Source: Macrostomum lignano (taxonomy: Eukaryota). Taken from it: DNA of 64,000 bases. The stretch lies in the NCBI GenBank assembly GCA_002269645.1, contig NIVC01000282.1, forward strand, positions 569,909 through 633,908, written 5' to 3'. Of the stretch, positions 1 to 32,535 are shown one piece after another. Under the pieces are notes generated by a model. It searched no databases and was not told the origin of the DNA. It worked only from the letters and a program-made list of their open reading frames with translations. The position numbers were made by a program, and so were the translations under genes. How positions within the stretch are numbered: position 1 is the first letter of the stretch; the number at the start of each line of letters is the position of its first letter.

Positions 1-84
1 ATTCTCCGCTCCCCAAGATGAGGCGCTGTCAGCCTCCAATTCATCCACATTGCCTAACCAACCAGCTCTCTTACTTTTCTGTAG

Positions 85-21054
<20,970 letters not shown>

Positions 21055-21199
21055 CGCTCAGAGTTTATGTTTTGCTGCGTGTGACTACTTAGTGGGCAGT
21101 AGTTTAAAAGTATTCTGGCTGCGGTTTTTAAATTATAATTATTTAGCGTTTTTTGCTTTGCAATTTTTTGTTTTCTTCACTCATCCACTGATACTGGTT

Positions 21200-21600
21200 T
21201 AACGATGCTCATAACAGTTTAGCGATGCTCATAACTGTTTCTCATAACTGTTTAGCGATGCTCATAACAGTTTAGCGATGCTCATAACTGTTTAGCAATG
21301 CTCATAACAGTTTAGCGATGCTCATAACAGTTTAGCGATGCTCATAACAGTTTAGCGATGCTCATAACAGTTTAGCGATGCTCATAACAGTTTAGCGATG
21401 CTCATGCTCATAACAGTTTAGCGATGCTCATAACAGTTTAGCGATCCTCATAACAGTTTAGCGATGCTCATAACAGTTTAGCGATGCTCATAACAGTTTA
21501 GCGATGCTCATAACAGTTTAGCGATGCTCATGCTCATAACAGTTTAGCGATGCTCATAACAGTTTAGCGATGCTCATAACAGTTTAGCGATGCTCATAAA
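21200..21600. repeat. 20-bp minisatellite downstream of the PITPNM stop
   Basis: Unit ATGCTCATAACAGTTTAGCG. Confidence 0.95.
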
Positions 21601-22289
21601 AGTTAGGCTCGAACTACTACGTTTTTGTTATATTACATTTACAGTATTTGTTTTTCAAACAACTATTTGTTGCCAGTATATTTTGATAAATCAATAGCTT
21701 TTTGTGCGATCTTTTACTAATGGAAAATGCTGAACTAGTCTTAGTCAGTGCAATATCTTATAGAGTTAAACTATTTCATTAGATACTAGAAATTATATAT
21801 TTTATTTATTTTTTCTAATTGTCGTTTAGGGGAATTATATAATAGACACTTCTATTCTCTCCTTTACAACGAATTATTGCTTGATAAACTTCAGGCGTTG
21901 GTTTGTGTAAAATTTCCTTCTATTGTACTTTAAGCCTTTAAGCATGTTGTCTCTCTGTGTTCAACTTGAATTTTGATATTTTTATACTTATACCTAAGGT
22001 CAGTATAGCGATGCTCTTAAAACAGCTATGTGTTGTTTTTGCACAGTTGTATGCGCTACGGAGCTACAGTTATATTGCATATCACTTCCCAGTATTTTCT
22101 TTGTGTCTTGCTTTATTGCGCCGTACGGTTTTCGTGGTTTGTTGTGCGTTGCTTTCGATTTAATTATTGTAGTACCAAATATTATAACTTTTTGTGTTAG
22201 AATCTTGTAAATAGTAAATGCACTTCACCTACGAGCTATTCTGGTTAGAGTTGGAATTGTACTTTACACTTATTAATATTCGGGTCACA

Positions 22290-22790
22290 CAATGAGGTGG
22301 GTGTTATCTAGGGGTAGGGGTAGAAAGTTCCTAGTCTACAAGCTTCGTGCGCTAGTCGCGGAGTGAGGTGGGTGTTCTCTAGGGGTAGGGGTAGGAAATT
22401 CCAAGTGTACAGGCTTCTTGCGCTAGTCGCGGAGTGAGGTGGGTGTTCTCTAGGGTAGGGGTAGGAAATTCCAAGTGTACAGGCTTCTTGCGCTAGTCGC
22501 GGAGTGAGGTGGGTGTTCTCTAGGGGTAGGGGTAGGAAATTCCAAGTGTACAGGCTTCTTGCGCTAGTCGCGGAGTGAGGTGGGTGTTCTCTAGGGGTAG
22601 GGGTAGGAAATTCCAAGTGTACAGGCTTCTTGCGCTAGTCGCGGAGTGAGGTGGGTGTTCTCTAGGGGTAGGGGTAGGAAATTCCAAGTGTACAGGCTTC
22701 TTGCGCTAGTCGCGGAGTGAGGTGGGTGTTCTCTAGGGGTAGGGGTAGGAAATTCCAAGTGTACAGGCTTTGTGCGCTAGTGAGATGGGT
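22290..22790. repeat. ~70-bp tandem repeat, ~7 copies
   Basis: GAGGTGGGTGTTCTCTAGGGGTAGGGGTAGGAAATTCCAAGTGTACAGGCTTCTTGCGCTAGTCGCGGAGT. Confidence 0.95.
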
Positions 22791-23914
22791 GTTTTCTTGC
22801 GATTATTGCAATATATTTCTTGCGTGATACTTGATATCGGCGGTCACAAGAATGGTGAAAACCTCAAATATATCTAACAGTTTTCTAGCTAAACCGCATC
22901 ATTACTGAAGCCGATTTTTCAAGTCAACTTTCAAATTGACAAAAAAGTAAAAACATGTTTACATTCGTTCTGTTTTTCATTATTCTACTTGACGCGAGGG
23001 CTTGTGCTATCTATAGCCCTTACCATGACCATTGTGCATTGCAAGCAATAGTTCGACAACGTTTTGGAATTGGAGAAAATTTTCCATTTGCTTTTGATAA
23101 GCGATAAAAAAGTGATATTCTGTTTATCTACTAGTTTTTGGCTTGGGCTATAGGAAGGAACAAATAAAGGTTGTCTTCCATACATGATTCACGCATATGG
23201 GGGGCCTGACGACGAGAAACTAGACTGGGTGCCTTCGAGTGCGTGCTCAGGCGCGAGAGGAATAGGCCTGACTGCTCAGGGCGGGTCTCGCAGCCTCGCA
23301 GCAATCTCACTACTAACTGCAGGGGAAAGCGGGTGATGATTTTGCTTTTTTCCATACCCAGCAGCAGAAATTGAAATTTGTAGAGTCTTTCTCTCCTGCC
23401 GTTTGCCTTTGCTCTGCAGAACAGAAGCCGCGCCCTGCTCCGGTCGTGTGTATTCCCTAAAACAAAAAAAATTGTCCAAAAACGAAAACGATAATTTTTC
23501 CCTGGATTTTTATTGTTCTCTCAGCTAAGCCTGCCCGTATGAACTGGCTGGCTGCAGGGCTCGCAATGCTCCGCTGCAGTAAGCTGGCATTGTGCCCGCC
23601 AATTCATGCCTGAGCAGCCCAGTTTGTTTGCTTCAGAATGGAACCAATAAGCCCCTGAGTGAAAAAGCTTTTATTGAAAATGCAAAATTGGATAATAATA
23701 TATAGAGAAAATGCGAAAACTGTTAAATGTAGAAATAACCTACCTATACATGCATCCTGTAGAAGTTGCTGAAACTCGTCAGCTCATTGTCAAAAGTTCA
23801 GCTTTTACCTCCCGCAGTATGAAATGGTATGAAAAGGCTAGGGAATTCTCTTTTCTCTATGTTCTTCGAGATTCGCGAAGAGCAACGCTCAGTATAAGCA
23901 GTATAAATCGTTTT

Positions 23915-24082
23915 AGCATGTACACTTCACTGTGCCTTGGGGGTTGGCCCTCAATGGCGCTAATTGCACGAGCAGAGCCAAGCCGAGATTTCAATTTAGA
24001 CCCAAATTAATGTAACTGCACTTGGAATCGAGCCTGAGCCGCTGGCACATCAGAGCGCCGCGCCAGACCACTAGGATACAGC
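23915..24082 (-). mobile_element. tRNA-derived SINE family A, 5' half only
   Basis: Reverse complement matches the head and body of the full copy at 30087-30450. Confidence 0.8.
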
Positions 24083-25178
24083 CTTCATTTGGCTGGCTGG
24101 TAATTTTAAGGATTCAACATCTTACTGGCCAACTCGAAACTAATGTGATATGCTGATGGAAGTCCAATTCAAGATGACAAATCCTATCGCGAGGTAATCG
24201 TGCAGTACAGGTCCCCTGAAGGGGGGCATTATTGGCTAGTCTATATACTCGTATCACTAAAAAGCTAATTTAAGATTTGACAGTTGTTATTGGCTCCTTT
24301 TTTTCTTTGCGCTTTTTACAACGAGGGACGAAATGGCTAGTCCACTATACTAAGCGTCTTTGGACAAGACTCAACTAACCACACAATAGCAGAGCTCGGT
24401 CTCTACGGTAATTTTTATTTATAAAAGTAGCGGAAATACCCACAGTTACCCCTGAATTTAACTATTTAAAAGTATTAGGTGAACTTTCGCAGCTGTACAA
24501 TTGAATATCGTTGAAAGTCGAGATTGCGCAATCGCATTCAAGTCGAGTTTAAATTAGATAGCTGCGTTCGATAAACTTTTCAAACTATAAACGAGCCGCG
24601 CCTTACAAAGGTTTTCAGGTTTGCGAGAAAATTCCCGATTTTTTTATCTCCGCTCCAATTCGTCAAGTGTGTGCAACAGAATTTTCTGACGAAGTTTCAG
24701 GTTTTTTTGCATGCTTTTAGCGTATGAATCGAGAAAGGTTTATCTGAATACAAAGGCAGTTTTGCGCATTTTTTAGCATGGTCAAAAATGATCAATGTTC
24801 ACTGATTTACCTGGACAACTGATAGTTATAACTCTCGAAGGGCACGAATTTTGTGCTGCAGCGCACCAGTGCAAACTTTACCGGCACGGTATCTGCGTGT
24901 GTCTGTCTGTATATTGCAGCTTTCACGGTGTGTGACCTTCGAAAGCTTAAGGCTCGGACTGGCTTGAATGGCTTTGGCGTTGCAAAATTATAGTTTAAAA
25001 GCCCTGGGCCTGTGGTTGTATTGCTGGTTACGTAACCCATGCAAAGCTGGCTCTATATAGGCACTTATACCGGTATTTGTGACAACTGGCGCATGCACCC
25101 CTCACCTCCGAGTTGGTCAGGTGATTTCGAACTGCGGTAGCAACTCTCGGGTAGCCTTGGAAAGGTGGGTGATTTTTA

Positions 25179-26950
25179 ATGGACAACAGAAGACGACTGC
25201 AATTACTGCTGCTGCTGCTGCTGCTGCAGATGCGACTATTCGGAATAGCGAACTCCATGGACAGCTTTGAGCAGCTGTTCTCAAACTCTTATGCTCAGTT
25301 CAGTAGCCAGCCAATATCGTTCCGTTTGCCTATGCCAACGGAACTTCAAGGCTCAATGGTAATTAAACTGACAAATATACTTTTAAATATCAATAGAGAT
25401 CAAGTACCTTATTGATGTACTTCAACGCGATTTTCAGATTCACAACGGTCTCGGTTTGTTCGACTTCGAGCATCGCAGCTTCGTGCATCCGTTTGACGGA
25501 CTGGCAAAGCTGACAAAGATTGATTTCGTTCCAGGTGAGCAACCAAGAGTTGGCGTATGATTTCAGCGATCCGAAGGGCAGACTCACACTCGGCACTTTC
25601 CATTTCAACGCAGGAAGTCGACGGGGCAACTTCAGCATGAAGTTCCTTCGAACGGCTGTGTTCGAACAGTCGCTGCTGCGCAACGACATTGCGCCCTATC
25701 TGTTCTTCGACGGGGTCGAGCCGGCTTTTAACTTACTGCAGCGCGCGCTCTCGCTACTGCATGGTCTGGACAACATGAACGTGAATGTGGTGCGCCTTCG
25801 TAGCGAGACTAATGCAAATTACAGCGCCTACTTGGCACTGAACGACATCACCAGGTCGTACCGGTTCGATCCTGTCAGTCTGGACACTCTGGGTTGCGTC
25901 AAGGCTCAAGCCTTCGAAACTGAGGACACCAACAGCATTCTAGGCTTTCTGAGTCGCCTGTCGTCGGCCCATCCCCTGCCGGAGTTCGGCACCGACTACT
26001 ACCTCACATTCGTCACCTCAATCGATCCCAAGAAGATACTACAGAGCGAGTGGAGCTGCTCTGTGAGCATAGTCCGAATGACGTCAGACACGGAGCGGCA
26101 GGTGCTGCACACCTGGCAGCTCAGTCAGGCCTCTTACATGCACAGCTTCGCTGCCACACGACGTCTGGTCCTACTGTTCCTCAACCCGCTCTTCATCAAC
26201 ATGGCTGCCATGGTGACCACGGCTGATCCGGTTCGGTCGCTCGACTGGCGACCCGACCGGCCCATGAGAGTGCTTTGGCTGGACCTGCGCACCGGCGCCA
26301 CCGGAGAAGCCGCTATTGTGGACCGGCACTTCCTCATGCACCACATCAATGCCTACGAGGAGGGACCGGAGGTCGGAAATGCCTCATCGGCCACCGTGAT
26401 TGTGGACGCCACGGCCTATCCGGACCTCGGCTTCCTGCAAAATCTCACGCGGAAAAACCTGCGCGATCCGACTCTGCGCAATCAGATACCGGTAAACAGC
26501 CTTCTCCGCCGATACAGGGTGCACCTGGCCACAGGCACTGTGCAGCCTCTGGAGGTGCCGTACCGTCAGACGAACGATCCCATACGCAGCCTGGAGATGC
26601 CAGTCATCAACGAGGCCTATCGATATCGCCGCTACTGCTTCGTCTACGGCGTACTCTTGAAGAGCGACTCGCGCGACCTCGCCAAGGTCAGCCTAGTGAA
26701 GAAGTCCCTGTGCAACGCCGCTGATGACCGGCGCTGGCACGCGGACCGGCACTTCCCCAGCGAGCCCGTCTTCTATCCGGCGCGAGGCGCCAGCGCCGAG
26801 GACGACGGCTACCTGGTGTCGCTGATAATGGACGCGCCGCGCAATGTCACATACGTCGGCGTGTTCAACGCTACGGATATGACGCTGGTTAATGAGGCCG
26901 ACCTGCCCACCTGGGTGCCGTACCGTCTGCACGGCAAAGCGTTTCCGTGA
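25179..26950 (+). CDS. Carotenoid cleavage oxygenase (BCO/RPE65/NinaB superfamily), ~537 aa, with a candidate N-terminal signal peptide
   Basis: Exons 25179-25358, 25438-25534, 25614-26950. Motifs LQGSM|IHNGLG, HPFDGLA, LEMPVIN, FPSEPVF; all four Fe-ligand histidines present (SAHP, YMHSF, HHINAYE, LHG). Confidence 0.92.
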
Positions 26951-27936
26951 CGACTGGAAATTTTCAAACTGACTCTGTTGGTTCAGTTATCTACTTTAGT
27001 AGATAATGCTGCGTACAGGGGCTCCAGAATTTTTGTGTAAGAAATTTCAGACACAGACAGGTAACAGCATTAGCTAGGCCTGGTGAGCCACGCAGCGACC
27101 CTGCGTCCTAGCTTATGTACATTCAAACAAACGCTTGTAACCCACTCCTCTACCAATGAAGTAACATTCAGGAGATAGCGAAACCGAGAAGAGCCTCAAA
27201 ACAATCGAATTTTCTAAGAATGCAGTTTTCCCATGTTGTTTGGCTGCGTATGATTTAAAAAAATATCATACAGCAGCAGCAGTTATATCGCCAACTTAAA
27301 ATTAGCCATGATGTATTATTCATATTTATCATTGAGTCTAGCTATGCAACTGTTTCCTCTTGTACACGGTGCACTCAAGGACGACTAAAGTAACGTATTA
27401 AGACGACGGCGACTTAAGTAGTCCTTGGGTGCACTTTGAGCAGTATTTTATATCCTATATCATATTGACTCGACTCTTACAGTAACCCTGCATGATACTA
27501 AGAAAAAATATATATCACAGAACAAATTGACGCTAAACTAACAAGACATCTGCATTTCGTTGCATTGTCTACGAGTCTGTTTGCAGTTTGAGTGCGTTTT
27601 GGGAAAATAAAAATATATTCCTCGATTCGAAGGTTAGCTAGGTTGGAGAGGAAATGACTGCTCAAGTCAGCAATAATCTGCGGGAACAGAGACAGTCGGT
27701 ATTAATGAGAGTAGAGCAGCCCCCCCCCATTGCGTTCGACGCCGAGGCAGTGAGGGAAGAGAAATGGATCGGAGTTCTGCAGCCAACCCAAACCCAAATT
27801 GGCTAGGCGGGAGCGCACTGCTTTCCCAAAAGCGCCCATTTTGGAGTGAATTGGGAGCAATTGGAGATTCAATAATTGTTAAGCAACCGAGTGGCCGGGA
27901 AACAATCATTATTTGGGAGCAGTCGCTGAGGCAGCA

Positions 27937-29889
27937 ATGTCTACCGCCGAGGCCGCAGCAAAGCGCCCGTGCAGCATCCCAACTTACGACGGCTTTGTCC
28001 AAGTTGTTGGCCGTCGTAAGGCCTACCAGGGCCTGTTTCTCTGCCTCATGTCGCTCTCGGTCGGCGCCGCAGCCATGCAGATCCTCATGCTGGGCCGCTC
28101 CGGCAGCTGCTTGGCAACTGCTTGGCCGACTGCTGCAACGGCAACGACAGCGGCTGCTGGCGATAACGCAACACTCTTTGACGTCGACAGCATCGAAAAA
28201 AGCACTGATAGCGAGCTGAATGACGAGGAACAAGACTGCACCTGGACGTCGGTGCTCCGTGTCGCCTTCTGTCTGGGCCTGCTGAGCGGCGCCGCGGCTT
28301 ACGCACCCATGGCTGATCGCTGGGGCCGCCGGCACGCTCACCTGCTGGCAGCCGCTCAGTTGGCTTCCGCCGCGCCTCTCACGCTGCTGGCGCGCGGTCC
28401 AGTGGCCAGGGCCGGAGTTCGAGCCTTTGCGGGCTTTGCGGCGGCCGGCCTGCTCTGCGTCAGCCGCGTGTGGCATCTCGAGACGCCTCACCGCGGCGAC
28501 TGCGGCCCATCCAGCCTCCTGCTCATGATCAACGGCTGGACCGGCGGCACCTTCCTGCTGGCCGGCGTTGCCCACTGGTCGCCAGACTGGCGCGTCGCCG
28601 AGGCGGCCGCGGCCGGATTAGCCGCCCTGCTGCTGCCGCTGACGCGGCTCTGCCTCACCGAGTCACCCCGCTGGCTGCTCAGCCACGGCCGCTCCGACGC
28701 GGCTATTGCTGCCCTGCGTCGGATGGCCCAGGTTAGCCGTACGAGCGCCGAGCTGGACGATCTCCTTGAGCGACTCGGCTACGAAGCTCGTGGCGGACAG
28801 CGAGCCACCACTATTCGCCTGCCGCTGCGGCGCCTGCTGACTCGGTCGACGGCTGCCCTGCGAAACTCGGCGCTGCTCTGGTTGCTCGTTGGCGCCGCGG
28901 GAGCCGCGCATCTCGGCCTCATCACCAGCTGGTCCTCGGCTGTGGTCGACGGCATCGGCGTCAACAGCGGCCAGGCCGTCTATGCCGACCTGACGGTGGC
29001 CGGCTGCGCCGAGCTGGCCGGCCGGCTTCTCGCAGCGCTGCTTGTCGGCCTGCTGGCGGCTCCGCCAACCGCCGCGGCCGCTGGCGGCTTCGTCGTCGCC
29101 GGACTGCTCGGCTGCGGTGCCGCTTCGCTGGCCACGGCTTCGTTGGCGCCGAGCAGCTGGCGTCTCTGGCCGCTGCTGATCGGCCGGGCCTGCCTGGCTC
29201 CGGCCACCGAACTGTCCTGGCTGCTGGCCAACCAGCTGCTGCCCGCCCCGGTGCGCGACCAGGCCATCGGCGTCGGCTTCGCCCTGGCCTGCCTCGGTAC
29301 CCTGGGCGTTGCGTGCCTCGCCTTCGATTTTGGCATCGAATTGGACGGCTGCCGCAGCCTCTGGCAGCTGTTCGCCTGCGCCAGTCTGGCCGCCGTCGCC
29401 TGTCCGCTGGCGCCCATGCTGCCGGCCGCGCGCCGCCCCTTTCCCGACACCCTGGACGATGACGCTGAGCTGGTGGGGCGGCTTCGGCTGCCTTCAATTT
29501 GTGTAGCTGCGCTCCGAAGACTTCCGGGCTGCAGCGATGCGTTTGGTGGAGTGGCCGGCGACGCCACCGCAGCCATCCAGGTGCCCAAGATCCGGGTCAC
29601 TCTGGAGGACGAACCCTGCCCCGCCGTCGGAGGGGACAACTCGACTCGGCGGGGCACCTCATTTGACTCGTCCGATACCCAGCTCCACGATCCCTGCAGC
29701 GAGGTCTCGGACACGTCCTCGCTCTCGCACATGGCCACCAAGGGCTCCATGGGGCTGCCAGAGGTCGGCGCCTGCGACGAGAATGAAAGCCGGCTGATTG
29801 ACGGCGAGTTCGACGAAGCGGAAAGGCCGGCCGATGGCGGTCGAGTCGACAATGATGATGGAGACTGGATTAAGTGGTGGCGCAAATGA
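27937..29889 (+). CDS. Intronless SLC22/organic cation transporter-like MFS protein, divergent
   Basis: ~650-aa ORF with many hydrophobic segments, MFS motif A (ADRWGRR), LTESPRWL (SLC22 PESPRWL), P..VRDQAIG and an acidic C-terminal tail. Confidence 0.8.
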   Translation: MSTAEAAAKRPCSIPTYDGFVQVVGRRKAYQGLFLCLMSLSVGAAAMQILMLGRSGSCLATAWPTAATATTAAAGDNATLFDVDSIEKSTDSELNDEEQDCTWTSVLRVAFCLGLLSGAAAYAPMADRWGRRHAHLLAAAQLASAAPLTLLARGPVARAGVRAFAGFAAAGLLCVSRVWHLETPHRGDCGPSSLLLMINGWTGGTFLLAGVAHWSPDWRVAEAAAAGLAALLLPLTRLCLTESPRWLLSHGRSDAAIAALRRMAQVSRTSAELDDLLERLGYEARGGQRATTIRLPLRRLLTRSTAALRNSALLWLLVGAAGAAHLGLITSWSSAVVDGIGVNSGQAVYADLTVAGCAELAGRLLAALLVGLLAAPPTAAAAGGFVVAGLLGCGAASLATASLAPSSWRLWPLLIGRACLAPATELSWLLANQLLPAPVRDQAIGVGFALACLGTLGVACLAFDFGIELDGCRSLWQLFACASLAAVACPLAPMLPAARRPFPDTLDDDAELVGRLRLPSICVAALRRLPGCSDAFGGVAGDATAAIQVPKIRVTLEDEPCPAVGGDNSTRRGTSFDSSDTQLHDPCSEVSDTSSLSHMATKGSMGLPEVGACDENESRLIDGEFDEAERPADGGRVDNDDGDWIKWWRK

Positions 29890-30086
29890 CTCCATTAGCA
29901 ACATCCTGGTTATTCTGGATCCTGGATCAATACATGTAGTTGCTGACTGGCTTTTTTGCTACGCAACTACTATATGCAGTGCGACCTATCAAACCTGTTA
30001 AGATTGAAGGTTTTCGGCCTTTTCACTAGGGTTACTGGAAGTTGCCTCGTAAATCTATTTTCGCTTGTACAGTAAGTAGTATCCTA

Positions 30087-30450
30087 GGGGGGCCGTAGCC
30101 CAGCGGTAGCGCAGCTGCTCTGGTGTGCCAGCGACCCAGGCTCGATTCCAAGTGCAGTCACATTAATTTGGGGCTGAATTGGAATCTCGGCTTGGCTCTG
30201 CTCGTGTAATTAACGGCCTTGAGAGCCAACCCCCCCAAGGCGCAGTGAAGTGTACATGCCTAACGATAATATAAAGTTAGGGCCGCTGTACACTCCTGTG
30301 TGAGTGTGTGCCTGCGTACGTATCCGCGCGCTTGTATGCCTGCTCAGGGGAGTCGGCGGAATGGGCAGTAAATGCCTCTCGCCGGTTGTGTGCCTATGTC
30401 GCTTAAAGTGCGCCAGAGTGCACACAACCCCCTGCCTCTAAAAAAAAAAA
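30087..30450 (+). mobile_element. Full-length tRNA-derived SINE (family A) with A-tail and 13-bp target-site duplication
   Basis: A-box TAGCCCAGCGG, B-box GGCTCGATTCC, poly-A tail; AAGTAGTATCCTA at both 30074-30086 and 30451-30463. Confidence 0.92.
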
Positions 30451-30524
30451 AAGTAGTATCCTACGAGCTCAAATAATCTGCGATTAGTGTTGCATGGTTT
30501 TTCAAGTGAGATACGAGCTAGGCA

Positions 30525-30801
30525 CCCGCTAGGAAAAAATTTCAGCGACGACAGGCTGATGACGACAAGTTGACGACAAGTTGACGACAAGTTGACGAGA
30601 AGTGGCAGTCGACCAATCAGAGGCTGATAGAAAGCAGACAGCGAAGCAGATTTGGAAGCGCACATTTGCACGATACTAGTGACTTGAGCAAATCATACTT
30701 ATTTTAGTAAATCGATCGATAGTAAATCGACAAGGCTGTCGTCTCTAACCTGTCGTCGCTTGTCGTCACTGTGCCATCGCTGTAAATTTTTTCCCAGCGG
30801 G
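30525..30801. mobile_element. Foldback/MITE-like element
   Basis: Imperfect ~26-bp TIR (CCCGCTAGGAAAAAATTTCAGCGACG / CATCGCTGTAAATTTTTTCCCAGCGGG); internal inverted CGACGACAGG/CCTGTCGTCG; no clear TSD. Confidence 0.65.
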
Positions 30802-31401
30802 AAAGTCTAAAGCTTTTCCCGATGAAGCCTAAAAACACCAAAGTTCGTTCTCGCCGTTGCGGTCAGCAAGGCTGGCCCATAGACTATCGCGGCCATTTGA
30901 CGCTCCCCCCTCTTGGCCACTCCCGTGGCTGGCGTGGGGCGTAACTATTATTATTATTATTTAAAACCCTGCTAAGCAAGGCTTTTTGCAGCTGCGATGA
31001 GTGGAGCGGCGCTTGTTTGTACACAGACTCGGTTGTACGTACATGTACATTATAACAGTAGAACTACCGGGGGGACCCCAGACATTTTTCTGCGCCGGAA
31101 TGGCGAAATTCCAAAACACGAGCACAACTTTTTGTTGCGCACTGTCTAAGCCGCCAGCCCCCCGGACCGTCAAGATATTAAAAAAATTCTGCTGGAACGC
31201 CAGATTTTTTTCCATAAGCGCTAAGTGTATTCAGCACGGCCTCTGTGTGCCAATCAACACTGCGCCTCAGTGCGGTCTTACCAAGCCTCCAATTTCATCA
31301 GCGTGTCGACCAAATGTATCTGCATCAGCGCTGACTTCGTTGATCACTGGCCTTCACCCAGACGGAGCTTCTGGACCTTCTGATTAAGCCTGAACCTAAG
31401 C

Positions 31402-31476
31402 TTGTGTGCCTGCCGGTTGTGTGACAATGTCGCTTAAAGTGCGCCAGGGTGCACACAGCGCCCTGCCTCTTAAAAA
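31402..31476 (+). mobile_element. 3' tail fragment of SINE family A
   Basis: TGTCGCTTAAAGTGCGCCAGGGTGCACACAG...CCTGCCTCT plus an A-run, as in the full copy. Confidence 0.75.
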
Positions 31477-31887
31477 TACAATGGGTGACCTGGCCAAGAC
31501 CAAGAGTATGCATTTCATAGCTTTTTTGCCATACACGTCACATTCCGTGAGCCATGAAGCGATGGAGCGATGCCCAAGAAGCGACTAATCATTAAAGCAG
31601 GCAATATTCCGATTGTTCGTTATAGTAATCGCTTTTAGAATTTAATATTCAAGCTAAAAAAGTTTCCCCTCTCTCTCTCATAAAAAATTGCTGTCCAACA
31701 ATCCCATCACAGCCTGTGCATGGGGCATTTGAAAGGAATTATCACATGTTACCAATGACTACCAATCAATAAGACAGATCCTTCTCTAGCCCTATTAAAG
31801 AGGGAGGCATGCGTGGGACGGCCATCATCAGTCCAACATACTGTCCGACAACAGCAGCCGACTAAAAGCAATTATTAAAAATTCCCA

Positions 31888-32535
31888 ATGCGAGGGCACT
31901 CAGCGTCACCTCTCTGGTGGTGCTGCTGCTGCTTTATGTCTTCGTCAAGTCGACCGAGGCCTCGAATTCGCCAAGATACGAAAGTGTGAAGCAAATTTTT
32001 CCGAACAATATCGAGTTGACAAAGGCCAACTTTGAGCAGCTGCTCACTTACACGACGGACGCAGTGAACTGCATGCTGACTGCGCTGGTTCAAACTGTCC
32101 AGTTGCCGGAAATTGTCAAGCTGGACACCGGCTTGCGCACCTGTCAGCGGCTCGGCCAGCCACTCTACGCCAACTATTCGTCAGCGGCTCATCAGGTGAA
32201 GTACCAGCTCGACGCCAGCTCGTGACTCGGACAGCCCAGACTCGCTCTGTTCTCCATCAAGGCCGGCTCGGGAGTGTGTGTGAGGTCGTTTTACTCGACC
32301 CCTCAGCTGACTGCGGCGACGAAGGCTTCTTAGTGCTGTGGCCGGGCGCCGCAGTTGGATCGACCGGCTGGATCAGCTGACGCAGCTGGCTGACCTGATG
32401 CCACACCGACAGCTGATCGTTGAGCTGATGTCCTCGTCCGGAGCAGCGCTGCTCAGTAGTGTGTTCGACGCCAACTTGGTTCTTCATTTCGATGTTCGTG
32501 CAGGACGACACGAGTGGTGTCGTCCTGCATTCTAA
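31888..32535 (+). CDS. Putative secretory protein, possibly thioredoxin/PDI-like without CxxC, interrupted by three apparent -1 frameshifts (gene or pseudogene)
   Basis: Adding one base at about 31890, 32216 and 32345 gives one ORF: MARALSVTSLVVLLLLYVFVKSTEA (signal-like), IELTKANFEQLL (PDI-like start) ... HEWCRPAF*. GC3-rich, coding-like codons. Confidence 0.4.

Noticed and set aside
27075-27111. Hairpin ACGCAG-CGACC-CTGCGT followed by CTAG, like a Helitron 3' end; similar hairpin near 38790
   Set aside because: No matching 5' TC end or second copy can be identified; too short to support.
30087-30160. tRNA gene
   Set aside because: The tRNA-like part continues into a SINE body with poly-A and TSD; no proper acceptor stem or anticodon arm.
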